Shown piece by piece: positions 1-8,139 of a stretch of DNA of 64,000 nt (its first letter is position 1; each line of letters begins with the position of its first letter). The DNA lies in the NCBI GenBank assembly GCA_007376405.1, contig VMGD01000003.1, positions 336-64,335 of the forward strand, written 5' to 3'. The stretch is from Microgenomates group bacterium Gr01-1014_7. Its GTDB lineage: Bacteria > Patescibacteriota > Microgenomatia > Daviesbacterales > UBA10151. A model generated the notes under the pieces. That model had not been told where the DNA came from, did no database searches, and saw only the letters and a list, made by a program, of their open reading frames with translations. Both the position numbers and the translations under genes were made by a program.

Positions 1-135
1 TAGACTTTAAAACAAAACTCTTCACCTTTTCTCCTGCCAATATTGCTCAAAAACTAGAAGCCGAGTACCTGTCTGGTGGGGTGCTCCCAGTGAAAGACAT
101 ATTTGCTGAGTACAACTTTTTAAAAGATCTGTTAT

Positions 136-2310
136 TTGACCGAGAAACCAATGGAGAAAAATATGAGCTACCTATCTAATCACGGTATTTCCAAAGACCA
201 ACAACAAAAGTTTGGCATCATTGAAGACACTGATAAGGTCACATTTCCCTATAAAGACAAGGAGGGTAATTTCCTTTTCAATAAATATCGCCATCTTGAT
301 CAAAGATCCTTGGAAAATGGTAAAAAATTTAGCTTTAGTTCTGGATATAAACCTGTTCTATTTAATATTCAGGCATTAGATCAGGATTATGTTGTATATG
401 CAGAAGGAGAACCAGATGTTGTCAGATCAGATCAAGAAGGCATCCCTACTGTATCTGGAAGTACAGGGGCAGCTACTTTTAATAAAGATTGGGTACCAGA
501 TTTTATAGGCAAAAGAGTGTATATCTGCCTAGATAATGATGATACTGGTCGAGAGGGGGCTCGGAAAGTTGCAGAACTATTATTAAGAGGAAGTGTGGAA
601 GAAGTTTACCAGTTAACACTTCCAGAAGATTGCAAGGACATATGTGAGTTTTATAGTAAGGGTCACACAAAAGAAGAATTTCTCAATTTACTAGAAAACG
701 CCCAGAGGGCTAAGCTGGAAGATTTTAAAGATACCCAAAACCAAGATGACTCACTGGAAGATGAGTCTGGAGATAAAGAAGAGAATGAGTCCATCACGAA
801 ACAGGTAATTAAGTTAGTTTTAGAAAGCGGAGCTAAATTATTTCATGATCAATTCAATGATTCATATTTAGCTCCAACTGGAAATGGTCAGTTAGTTTTT
901 CGGTTAAAATCTAAACAGGCAAAAAGCTGGCTAAGTTATCTTACTTGGAAATATATTGGATTATCCTTAAGCTCACATCCCCTCAACTCAACAATTCTAA
1001 CCCTTGAGGCTATGGCTTGTTATGAAGGACCACAGATCTCGTTAGCTATTAGAGTAGCCAAAGAGGGAGAGATTATATGGTATGACTTAGGAGGTAAAAC
1101 AATTAAAATTACTTCTGAAGGCTGGGACATTGTCGAAGAATCACCCATCTTATTTAGGCGTTTCCCTCATCAAAAATACCAGATTGAGCCCAAGAGTGGT
1201 AATAAATTAGATGAATTATTAGATTTTATTAATTTAGAACGACAAGCTGATGGAAGGTTGAGCGACGAACAACTACTGACACTTTGTTGGTTAGTATTTG
1301 GTTTAGTACCAGGGCTGCCCCACCCAGCTCTAGTTCTATATGGTTCACAAGGGTCTAAAAAGACTACTCTACATAAGATTTTAAAAGAGCTTCTTGATCC
1401 ATCTTCAATAGAGGTTAATGGTAGCCAGAAAAATATAACTGAGTTTGTCCAAACAGTTTCCCACCACTGGTTTTTAGTCCTTGATAATATGACTTATCTA
1501 CCAGAGTGGCTTTCGGATGCCATGTGCAGGGTTATCAGTGGAGGCGGACTTTCTAAAAGAGAGTTGCATTCCGACGACGATGATATACTCTACAACTTCC
1601 GACATATTGTAGGCATAAATGGGATTAATTTAATGATCGAAAAGGCAGATCTCTATGAACGCTCCCTTATATTTGTACTCAAAAGAATTAAAAAGTTTAA
1701 AACAGAAAAATTGTTCTGGGCTCAGTTTGAAGAGAGAAAACCCTACATTTTAGGAGCGTTATTTGACACATTAGTTAAGACACTGCAAATAATCTCTACT
1801 ACTCCAGAACCAGAAGGGGAATTTAGAATGGCTGATTTTGCCCATTGGGGACCAACCATAGCTCAAGCTCTAGGTTATGAGGCAAATGATTTTCTGAAGG
1901 CATATAAAGCTAATATTTATAAACAAAACAAAGAAGCTCTTGAAGCTAGTCCAGTCGGATTAGCTGTAATAGACCTCATGTCTGACCAAGACCGCTGGAG
2001 CGGAACTCCCACTGAACTATTATCAGAATTAGATAAGATTGCCCTTAAGCTCCGCATAGACCAAGATCATAAATCATGGCCAAAAGATGCTAGGTGGGTA
2101 TGGCGACGTATTAGCGAGGTATTACCAAACCTTGAAGAGGAAGGTATTAAAGCTAGTAAGGGCAAGGATGACGCTAGGTTGATAATCCTTGAGAAGACCC
2201 TAACAAATGATGTCGGTAATGACAATGATGGCGGTCAGATTCCTAATAATCAGGTTCAATCGGACATTAAAGACAACAAAGGCGACATTTTTGGGGGAGG
2301 GGTGGATTAG
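136..2310 (+). CDS. Primase-helicase of a mobile element: N-terminal Toprim (DnaG-like) primase domain fused to a P-loop NTPase (D5/VirE-like)
   Basis: Toprim acidic motifs (YAEGEPDV, CLDNDDTGREGA); Walker A GSQGSKKT further downstream; this architecture is typical of phage/plasmid primase-helicases. Confidence 0.6.
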   Translation: MTEKPMEKNMSYLSNHGISKDQQQKFGIIEDTDKVTFPYKDKEGNFLFNKYRHLDQRSLENGKKFSFSSGYKPVLFNIQALDQDYVVYAEGEPDVVRSDQEGIPTVSGSTGAATFNKDWVPDFIGKRVYICLDNDDTGREGARKVAELLLRGSVEEVYQLTLPEDCKDICEFYSKGHTKEEFLNLLENAQRAKLEDFKDTQNQDDSLEDESGDKEENESITKQVIKLVLESGAKLFHDQFNDSYLAPTGNGQLVFRLKSKQAKSWLSYLTWKYIGLSLSSHPLNSTILTLEAMACYEGPQISLAIRVAKEGEIIWYDLGGKTIKITSEGWDIVEESPILFRRFPHQKYQIEPKSGNKLDELLDFINLERQADGRLSDEQLLTLCWLVFGLVPGLPHPALVLYGSQGSKKTTLHKILKELLDPSSIEVNGSQKNITEFVQTVSHHWFLVLDNMTYLPEWLSDAMCRVISGGGLSKRELHSDDDDILYNFRHIVGINGINLMIEKADLYERSLIFVLKRIKKFKTEKLFWAQFEERKPYILGALFDTLVKTLQIISTTPEPEGEFRMADFAHWGPTIAQALGYEANDFLKAYKANIYKQNKEALEASPVGLAVIDLMSDQDRWSGTPTELLSELDKIALKLRIDQDHKSWPKDARWVWRRISEVLPNLEEEGIKASKGKDDARLIILEKTLTNDVGNDNDGGQIPNNQVQSDIKDNKGDIFGGGVD

Positions 2311-2509
2311 AGCGATGATTAGTGCTGAGGCTGTTGAAGAGTTTAAAAGGCTATATTTCAGAGAGCATGGTATGAAACTTACCAATGAACAGGCAGTAGA
2401 CATGGGGAATAAACTTATTAGGCTAGTCAAGGTCGTTTTTGGCCCTAATCTACCTGAAGAATGGAAACCCCAGAAACTTGACTCTGTAGGGCCTAAAAAG
2501 GTACGATAA
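2207..2509 (+). CDS. Small hypothetical protein of the mobile element (true start probably internal, around 2316)
   Basis: ORF only; overlaps the primase 3' end. Confidence 0.2.
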   Translation: MMSVMTMMAVRFLIIRFNRTLKTTKATFLGEGWIRAMISAEAVEEFKRLYFREHGMKLTNEQAVDMGNKLIRLVKVVFGPNLPEEWKPQKLDSVGPKKVR

Positions 2510-2513
2510 TTCT

Positions 2514-4340
2514 ATGAATACTGCAGATTTTGTTCTAACCTATGGTGCCTATTCCAGAAGATCCTCTGAAGATTATGAGGATCGCCAAGTTGCTTCAATC
2601 GAAAGCCAGGAAAGAGAATTAAAGGAAGTTAAAGAAAGGTTAAACCTTAATGTTAAACAGCTTGTTTCAGAGTCGAGAAGTGCCCATACCATAGGACGTC
2701 CAGTATTTAATCAGCTTTTGGCTGACCTAGAAGATGGAGTAATAAATGCCATTTTAACCTACCACCCAAATCGTTTGTGCCGAAACGCATTTGACGCAGG
2801 AAGGCTGATTTATTTAATGGACGAGGGTAAACTCTTAGAGATTAGAACTCCATCACGAGTCTTTAAAAATACACCAGAAGATAAATTTATGCTTAATCTT
2901 GAGTTTGGGATTAGTAAAAAAGACAGTGACGACAAATCTGTGGTGGTCAAAAGAGGGCTTAGAAATAAGATAGAGCTAGGCTGGAGACCAGGTGTGGCTC
3001 CACATGGCTATCTGAATGATCGAGCTACAGAATCGGGCCACCGTAGAATATTAATTGACCCAGAAAGATTTGAGTTTATTAAACAAATATTTCAACTCAA
3101 ATATAAAGGTGTTCCAACTATGGAGATTCTTAGAATTGTCAATGAAGATTGGAAATTTAAAACTAGACCAAAAAAAAGATACCCTTCAGAACCACTTTCC
3201 TGCAGTAGTCTTTATAAGCTTTTAGGCAATCCTTTTTATTGTGGTAAATATTTTTATAGTGGGCAGTGGCATGAAGGAGCTCACGAGAAAGCTGTTGAAC
3301 CAGACATTTTTGACCAAATACAGATAATGTTAGGAGATAAAGGTTGCAGAAGACAACCAAAAACTCATGAATTTGCTTATACAGGAATGGTTAGATGTGG
3401 TGAATGCTCTGGTATGGTTACGGCTGAGGAGAAATGGCAAATAATTTGTTCAAAATGCAGGAATAAGTTTGCTCTGACAAGAAAAAACAGTTCTATATGT
3501 CCAGAATGTAATACTTTAATTGAAGAGATGGATCAACCAAGGATTTTGTACTACTCTTATTATCATTGCGGGAAAAAGATAAAACCCTGTTCTCAAAAAT
3601 CAATTGAAGTTACTGATCTTGAAGAACAAATCCAATTAATATTGGGTAGTATTGAGATTTCAGATTTTTTCTTATCTTGGGCTGTTGCAGAAATCCATAA
3701 GGATTTAGAGTCTGAAAAGGATTTTAGGGAGGATAAGGTTAAATCTGTACAAAGAGCTCATGAGGAATGCAGGTCTAAACTAGATAACCTGCTTAAGCTC
3801 AAAATTTCTCCTCTTAATTCTGATGGTAGTTTGATGAGTGATGAGAAGTTTAAGACCGAAAAACAGGCTCTAGAGACCGAATTAACAGGGTTGGAGAAAC
3901 AATTAAACGAAGTTGACAATAGGATGATACAAAAGGCTCAGGAAGCTGTGGATAAGTTTGATTTTGCTGCTAACGCCAAGGCTAGATTTGAAACTGATGA
4001 TCTGGCTGTTAAACGTGAGATACTTTCAACTCTTGGGTCGAACCTTACCTTAAAAGATAAAAAACTGGATTTACAGCCTCATCCAATACTCAACGCTATT
4101 AAAAAGATAAGGGAGGAAGAACCAAAAGTATCAAGAGGAGTAGAACCTTCAAATCAGCCTTTCACAAAAGCCCAAATGGATGCCTTTTACTCCTCAAATA
4201 TCACCGTGTTGCGGGGGCGGGAGTCGAACCCGCTGCCTCAAGATTATGCACTTAACTTGCATTACTGCAAGGGTAGGACTATATCATCACCCTGTACCGG
4301 ACGGTACGGGGCCCGGCGTGTAGTCTCTACGGGGTCCTAG
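2514..4340 (+). CDS. Large serine recombinase (phage-type integrase)
   Basis: N-terminal resolvase-type catalytic region (YSRRSSEDYEDRQVASIESQ); recombinase domain; Cys-rich zinc ribbon (CGECSG...CSKC...CPEC); C-terminal coiled-coil. The annotated 3' end reads through tRNA exon 2 and intron sequence on the opposite strand, so the true stop is uncertain. Confidence 0.7.
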   Translation: MNTADFVLTYGAYSRRSSEDYEDRQVASIESQERELKEVKERLNLNVKQLVSESRSAHTIGRPVFNQLLADLEDGVINAILTYHPNRLCRNAFDAGRLIYLMDEGKLLEIRTPSRVFKNTPEDKFMLNLEFGISKKDSDDKSVVVKRGLRNKIELGWRPGVAPHGYLNDRATESGHRRILIDPERFEFIKQIFQLKYKGVPTMEILRIVNEDWKFKTRPKKRYPSEPLSCSSLYKLLGNPFYCGKYFYSGQWHEGAHEKAVEPDIFDQIQIMLGDKGCRRQPKTHEFAYTGMVRCGECSGMVTAEEKWQIICSKCRNKFALTRKNSSICPECNTLIEEMDQPRILYYSYYHCGKKIKPCSQKSIEVTDLEEQIQLILGSIEISDFFLSWAVAEIHKDLESEKDFREDKVKSVQRAHEECRSKLDNLLKLKISPLNSDGSLMSDEKFKTEKQALETELTGLEKQLNEVDNRMIQKAQEAVDKFDFAANAKARFETDDLAVKREILSTLGSNLTLKDKKLDLQPHPILNAIKKIREEEPKVSRGVEPSNQPFTKAQMDAFYSSNITVLRGRESNPLPQDYALNLHYCKGRTISSPCTGRYGARRVVSTGS

Positions 4341-4469
4341 TGTTAATCGAAGGACTTCCCTCGGTATTACCCTAATAGGGTTTCACCGATATAGCCAAGT
4401 TCTCTCCGATAGTTACCCATCGGAGGGCCCATATTTGAGCCTTGTGTGCAGCCGTTACACTTCCCCGCG
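4209..4469 (-). tRNA. tRNA-Met(CAU), initiator type (C1.A72 mismatch, CGCGGGG...CCCCGCA-A like E. coli tRNAfMet), interrupted by a group I intron. Exon 1 is 4438..4469 and exon 2 is 4209..4248
   Basis: Minus strand reads CGCGGGG-AA-GTGT-AACGGCT-GCAC-A-CAAGG-CT|intron|CATAA-TCTTG-AGGCA-GCGGG-TTCGACT-CCCGC-CCCCGCA-A. Anticodon is CAT. T-arm is perfect. The 5' exon ends in U, as a group I splice site requires. Confidence 0.7.
4249..4437 (-). ncRNA. Group I self-splicing intron (about 189 nt, no ORF) inserted between nt 33 and 34 of the tRNA-Met anticodon loop
   Basis: Minus strand carries canonical R-like (GTAGAGACTACACG) and S-like (GATATAGTCC) core elements forming P7. An internal guide GGCC can pair with exon ...GGCU (P1, with U.G). 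The intron ends in G (omega-G) before the CAT anticodon. Confidence 0.75.
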
Positions 4470-4530
4470 ATATTTAAAAGAACAGACTGTATTTTAACTT
4501 TACTTTTAGTTTATGTCAATTAAAATATGC

Positions 4531-4559
4531 TTGACAACGTATTCGAAATAATGTAATGT
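4531..4559 (+). promoter_or_regulatory. sigma70-like promoter (TTGACA, 17 bp spacer, TAATGT) for the HTH-LAGLIDADG gene
   Basis: Read directly from the sequence. Confidence 0.4.
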
Positions 4560-4588
4560 GGATATACATCCCATATAACAGTAATTCT

Positions 4589-5266
4589 ATGAAACGTAAA
4601 ATTGAAGAATACAAACGGGCATTAATATTAAGAGGAAAGGGTAAAAGTATTAAACAAATAGCAAGAATACTGGGAGTAAGCGTGAGTATTGTGAGCGTGT
4701 GGTGCAGGGGAGTAAGGCTTACTGACAAGCAAATAGAGAACTTAAAAAGAAGAAAAATAAGAATTAGACATTTAAGGAAATTGGCTAGACAAAGTCATTT
4801 GGAAAAAGTAAAAAGAGTACAAAAACTTTTTCAAATCGCCAAAGCTGAAGTTGGCCCTCTTTCTGATAGGGAAATCTTCTTAACAGGGCTTGCACTTTAT
4901 TGGGCAGAAGGCTTTAAAAGTTTAAAGGAAGCTAGATTAGGCTTCTGTAATTCTGATCCTGCTATGATAAAGTTTATAATTAGATGGCTCAAAAAAGGCT
5001 TAAAAGTAAAGCAGGAAGATTTCATTTTAAGGACTGAATTTAATCTTTCACATAAAGATAGAGAGGAAGAAATTAAAATTTATTGGTCCAAAATTACAGG
5101 CGTACCCTTAACTCAATTTGAAAAACCATTTTACCATCAATCAAACTGGTTAAGAGAATATCCTAGTAGGGATAATTATTTTGGAGTTTTAAGAATCAGG
5201 GTGCGTAAAAGCAGTGAATTATTAAATAAAATGAGGGGATGGATAAGCGGTTTAGCGGTAATTTAG
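4589..5266 (+). CDS. HTH domain fused to a single-motif LAGLIDADG-like homing-endonuclease domain (ORF track starts at 4556)
   Basis: N-terminal HTH (SIKQIARILGVSVSIVSVW); motif FLTGLALYWAEGF resembles the LAGLIDADG block (compare LIGYYLAEGS in the intein of this window); paralogous to 7362..8111. Confidence 0.5.
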   Translation: MKRKIEEYKRALILRGKGKSIKQIARILGVSVSIVSVWCRGVRLTDKQIENLKRRKIRIRHLRKLARQSHLEKVKRVQKLFQIAKAEVGPLSDREIFLTGLALYWAEGFKSLKEARLGFCNSDPAMIKFIIRWLKKGLKVKQEDFILRTEFNLSHKDREEEIKIYWSKITGVPLTQFEKPFYHQSNWLREYPSRDNYFGVLRIRVRKSSELLNKMRGWISGLAVI

Positions 5267-5284
5267 CAATGATATAATCTAATT

Positions 5285-5803
5285 ATGAAAGTAGTTTTAT
5301 CCGTAGCCACTTCTCTAAACGGAATAATTGCTACGGAAGACGGAAGTGAAGATTTTTTATCTCATGAAAATTGGTTAGCATTTGTTAAATTAGCACAGAA
5401 AATTGGCAATAATATTTGGGGACGAAAAACATACCAAACTGTAAAAAATTGGCCAAAAGAATATTTTAATAGCCTAAATAGTGTAGTAAAGGTTATTATT
5501 TCAACGGATGAATCGTTGGAATTATTGCCTGGTTTTACAAGAGTTAGTTCTCCACAGGAAGCAATAGGCTATCTATCTAGTCAAGGTTTTAAAGAAGCGC
5601 TTGTGACGGGAGGGAGCACAATCTACAGTAGTTTCCTAAGGGAAAATTTAGTAGACGAGATTATCGTTGATGTTAATCCAACTATATTAGGCAAGGGAAT
5701 AGCAGCTTTTGATTTTGAAGGATCAATAGTTCGAATGAAGCCAATAAAAGTAAAGAAACTGAAGGATGGGATAATGGAGATATATTATAAAGTATTAAAA
5801 TAG
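5285..5803 (+). CDS. RibD C-terminal domain / dihydrofolate-reductase-like reductase
   Basis: Length and motif pattern (LNGIIATEDGS...LVTGGSTIY) typical of the PF01872 family. Confidence 0.45.
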   Translation: MKVVLSVATSLNGIIATEDGSEDFLSHENWLAFVKLAQKIGNNIWGRKTYQTVKNWPKEYFNSLNSVVKVIISTDESLELLPGFTRVSSPQEAIGYLSSQGFKEALVTGGSTIYSSFLRENLVDEIIVDVNPTILGKGIAAFDFEGSIVRMKPIKVKKLKDGIMEIYYKVLK

Positions 5804-5870
5804 ACTTCAAAAATTGAAAAATTTTGTTCGTCTGCTTGACTACATTAATCGCTTGATCTACTCTTAAATT

Positions 5871-7238
5871 ATGACCAGAAAACTGCTCAAAAAAGTGGCT
5901 GAAGCCCCGGCTGTAGCTCTGGAGCAGAGCATTAATACTTCAAGAAGACTAGTTAAAGCATTCAGAAATCAAAAAGAGGTGGTTAAAGCCAGAAGTTACT
6001 GGAAAACTCTGGGTCCGGGTTTAACAACAGGTGCTGCGGATGATGACCCTTCAGGAATTGCAACTTATTCCCAGGCAGGCGCAGGATACGGGTTTAATTT
6101 TTTATGGACTGCTGCCTTTACCTTTCCTTTCATGGCCATTGTTCAGGAGATGTGTGCCAGAATTGGTCTTGTTACAGGCAGGGGTTTGGCAGGGTCAATC
6201 AGATTATTTTTCCCCAAATGGGTTTTATATACCTGTACTCTTTTGCTTTTTGCAGCCAATTCCTTAAACATTGGAGCGGATTTAGGGGCAATGTCCAAAG
6301 CTACCCAGCTTTTATACCCTAATTTTAATTTTGAATTTTTGGTTTTGGCATTTGCCCTTTTTAGTCTGGCCCTTCAGATTTTTACCACCTATGAAAAGTA
6401 CGCCAAATACTTGAAATGGTTGGCTTTGGTACTTCTGGCTTATGTATTTTCAGCGCTATCAGCCAATTTAAACTTTGAGGAGATTGCCATGAATGCGGTT
6501 TTACCCTCAATTAAGTTTAGCAAAGACCAGATATTCATGATTACGGCCATATTGGGTACAACTATTTCTCCATATTTATTCTTCTGGCAAACTTCCCAGG
6601 AAGTGGAAGAGCAGATACTGGGTGGAAGAACAACTTTAAAACTGCGTGAGGGTGCTACAGATAAGGAAATTTCCGATATGAGGCTGGATGTATGGTCAGG
6701 TATGTTTTTATCAAATTTGGTTATGTTTTTTATTATTGCCGCATGTGGAGCAATTTTATTTCCGGCCGGCATCACAACTATTACTTCTGCCGGGCAGGCA
6801 GCAGAGGCCTTAAGGCCCTTTGCAGGGGACTTTTCATATCTGCTTTTTGCAGTAGGGATTATTGGCACAGGTCTTTTGGCAATTCCCATTCTGGCAGGAT
6901 CAGCTTCATATGCGCTATCTGAAAGTTTTGGATGGAAATCCGGGCTTTACAGAAAGCTAAAAGAAGCCAATGCTTTTTATGGCACAATCATTATCTCCAC
7001 TTTAATTGGCCTGGGGATTAATTTTATTGGATTTGACCCAATTAAGACTTTAATTTATTCCGCTGTGATAAATGGTTTAATTGCTCCTGTTATTTTAGTT
7101 TTAATTATTTTATTGAGTAACAGTAAAAAAGTTATGGGGGAGCGGGTCAATAACCCCGCTATTACTGCTTTAGGCTGGTTTATTACATTAGTTATGATCG
7201 TGGCAGGAGCCGCAACTATATCTTCGCTCCTTCCTTAA
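5871..7238 (+). CDS. mntH: NRAMP-family divalent metal (Mn2+/Fe2+) transporter
   Basis: GPGLTTGAADDDPSGIATYSQAGAGYGF signature region; about 11 TM helices. Confidence 0.75.
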   Translation: MTRKLLKKVAEAPAVALEQSINTSRRLVKAFRNQKEVVKARSYWKTLGPGLTTGAADDDPSGIATYSQAGAGYGFNFLWTAAFTFPFMAIVQEMCARIGLVTGRGLAGSIRLFFPKWVLYTCTLLLFAANSLNIGADLGAMSKATQLLYPNFNFEFLVLAFALFSLALQIFTTYEKYAKYLKWLALVLLAYVFSALSANLNFEEIAMNAVLPSIKFSKDQIFMITAILGTTISPYLFFWQTSQEVEEQILGGRTTLKLREGATDKEISDMRLDVWSGMFLSNLVMFFIIAACGAILFPAGITTITSAGQAAEALRPFAGDFSYLLFAVGIIGTGLLAIPILAGSASYALSESFGWKSGLYRKLKEANAFYGTIIISTLIGLGINFIGFDPIKTLIYSAVINGLIAPVILVLIILLSNSKKVMGERVNNPAITALGWFITLVMIVAGAATISSLLP

Positions 7239-7325
7239 AAGAGAAATAATTGTTTGAACAAATAATCAGATGGTCCAATAAAGTAATGCCTAAAATTTCT
7301 CCTGCAGCCTGAACTCTTTTGATAC

Positions 7326-7355
7326 TTGACTTCCAAATAAAACCCGTAATATACT
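7326..7355 (+). promoter_or_regulatory. sigma70-like promoter (TTGACT, 17-18 bp spacer, TATACT)
   Basis: Read directly from the sequence. Confidence 0.35.
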
Positions 7356-7361
7356 GGAAGT

Positions 7362-7520
7362 ATGGCAAAATCTCTTTTAAGATTGGAAGCACATAAACTA
7401 CGTAAGAAGGGTATAAGTGTTAGAAAAATCGCCCAAACACTAGGTATTTCTAAAAGTACAATAAGTCATTGGACAAGGGATATTATCTTAACGGTAGAAC
7501 AGCTAGAGGCGCTTAGATAA
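7362..7520 (+). pseudogene. HTH module (52 aa) of the second HTH-LAGLIDADG paralog, ending at an in-frame TAA (7518-7520); the LAGLIDADG module continues in the same frame
   Basis: MAKSLLRLEAHKLRKKGISVRKIAQTLGISKSTISHWTRD... is homologous to the N-terminus of 4589..5266; 7362 and 7566 are in the same frame. Confidence 0.45.
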
Positions 7521-7565
7521 TCAACTATAAAAGGTGCAGAACTAGGTCGTTTAAAAGGGGCCTTA

Positions 7566-8111
7566 ATGCAGAAAAAGAGAAGATTAAGAATGGTTGAGGA
7601 GGCAAATAAAGCAGGAATCGATTTTTTATCTTCACTCACAGAACGAGAATTCTTAATAGCAGGTTTGGCGCTCTATTGGGGAGAGGGACACAAAAAGAGT
7701 CGTAATAGGGTTGGATTTTGTAATTCTGATCCTAAGATGATAAAATTCTTAATACTTTGGTTGGTTAAGTATTTAGGAGTAAAACTTGCCGATTTAAGAT
7801 GTAGAGTTGGAATTAATGTCATTCATACCAAAAGAGAACAAGTAGTAAGAGAATATTGGTCTAAGATAATTGGTATACCATTAAGCCAATTTAATAGTAC
7901 CAGCTTTAAAAAAGTTAATAACAAAAAGATTTATGAAAATTTTAATGAGCATTATGGAACTTTAGATATAGGTGTGGTGAAACCTACGCCTCTTTATTAT
8001 AGAATAATGGGTTTGATCGAGGGTTTAGCATGCCAGGGTAGCTCAGTGGGAGAGCACAGGATTCATATCCCTGCGGTCGCGAGTTCGATCCTCGCCCCTG
8101 GTACAAATTAA
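7566..8111 (+). CDS. LAGLIDADG-like module of the second paralog; no stop before the tRNA-Met gene, so the ORF reads through it to TAA at 8112
   Basis: LIAGLALYWGEGHK motif; colinear similarity to 4589..5266 up to ...GLA, after which the ORF continues across 8032..8103. Confidence 0.45.
   Translation: MQKKRRLRMVEEANKAGIDFLSSLTEREFLIAGLALYWGEGHKKSRNRVGFCNSDPKMIKFLILWLVKYLGVKLADLRCRVGINVIHTKREQVVREYWSKIIGIPLSQFNSTSFKKVNNKKIYENFNEHYGTLDIGVVKPTPLYYRIMGLIEGLACQGSSVGEHRIHIPAVASSILAPGTN
8032..8103 (+). tRNA. tRNA-Met/Ile2-type (anticodon CAU), intronless
   Basis: GCCAGGG-TA-GCTC-AGTGGGA-GAGC-A-CAGGA-TTCATAT-CCCTG-CGGTC-GCGAG-TTCGATC-CTCGC-CCCTGGT-A. Perfect T-arm and D-arm. G1.U72 and an A31.C39 mismatch make it slightly atypical. 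Confidence 0.6.
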
Positions 8112-8139
8112 GTTAAAAGTGTAAAGTTAAAAGTGAAAA

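Noticed and set aside
2514-4340. Serine recombinase C-terminus (...GRESNPLPQDYALNLHYCKGRTISSPCTGRYGARRVVSTGS)
   Set aside because: These last ~45 residues are the reverse-strand translation of tRNA exon 2 and intron sequence, including GGGAGTCGAACC. They are probably not functional protein sequence, but no earlier stop exists, so the real 3' end cannot be fixed from sequence alone
6031-6922. Short ORFs overlapping mntH on both strands (6031-6267, 6104-6322, 6440-6889 minus, 6692-6922), and similar antisense/overlapping ORFs elsewhere (for example 11346-11681 minus, 50637-51320 minus, 54805-55164 minus, 45072-45535 minus, 46003-47627 minus)
   Set aside because: They are embedded in or antisense to well-supported conserved genes, have low-complexity composition, and no independent signal; treated as shadow ORFs
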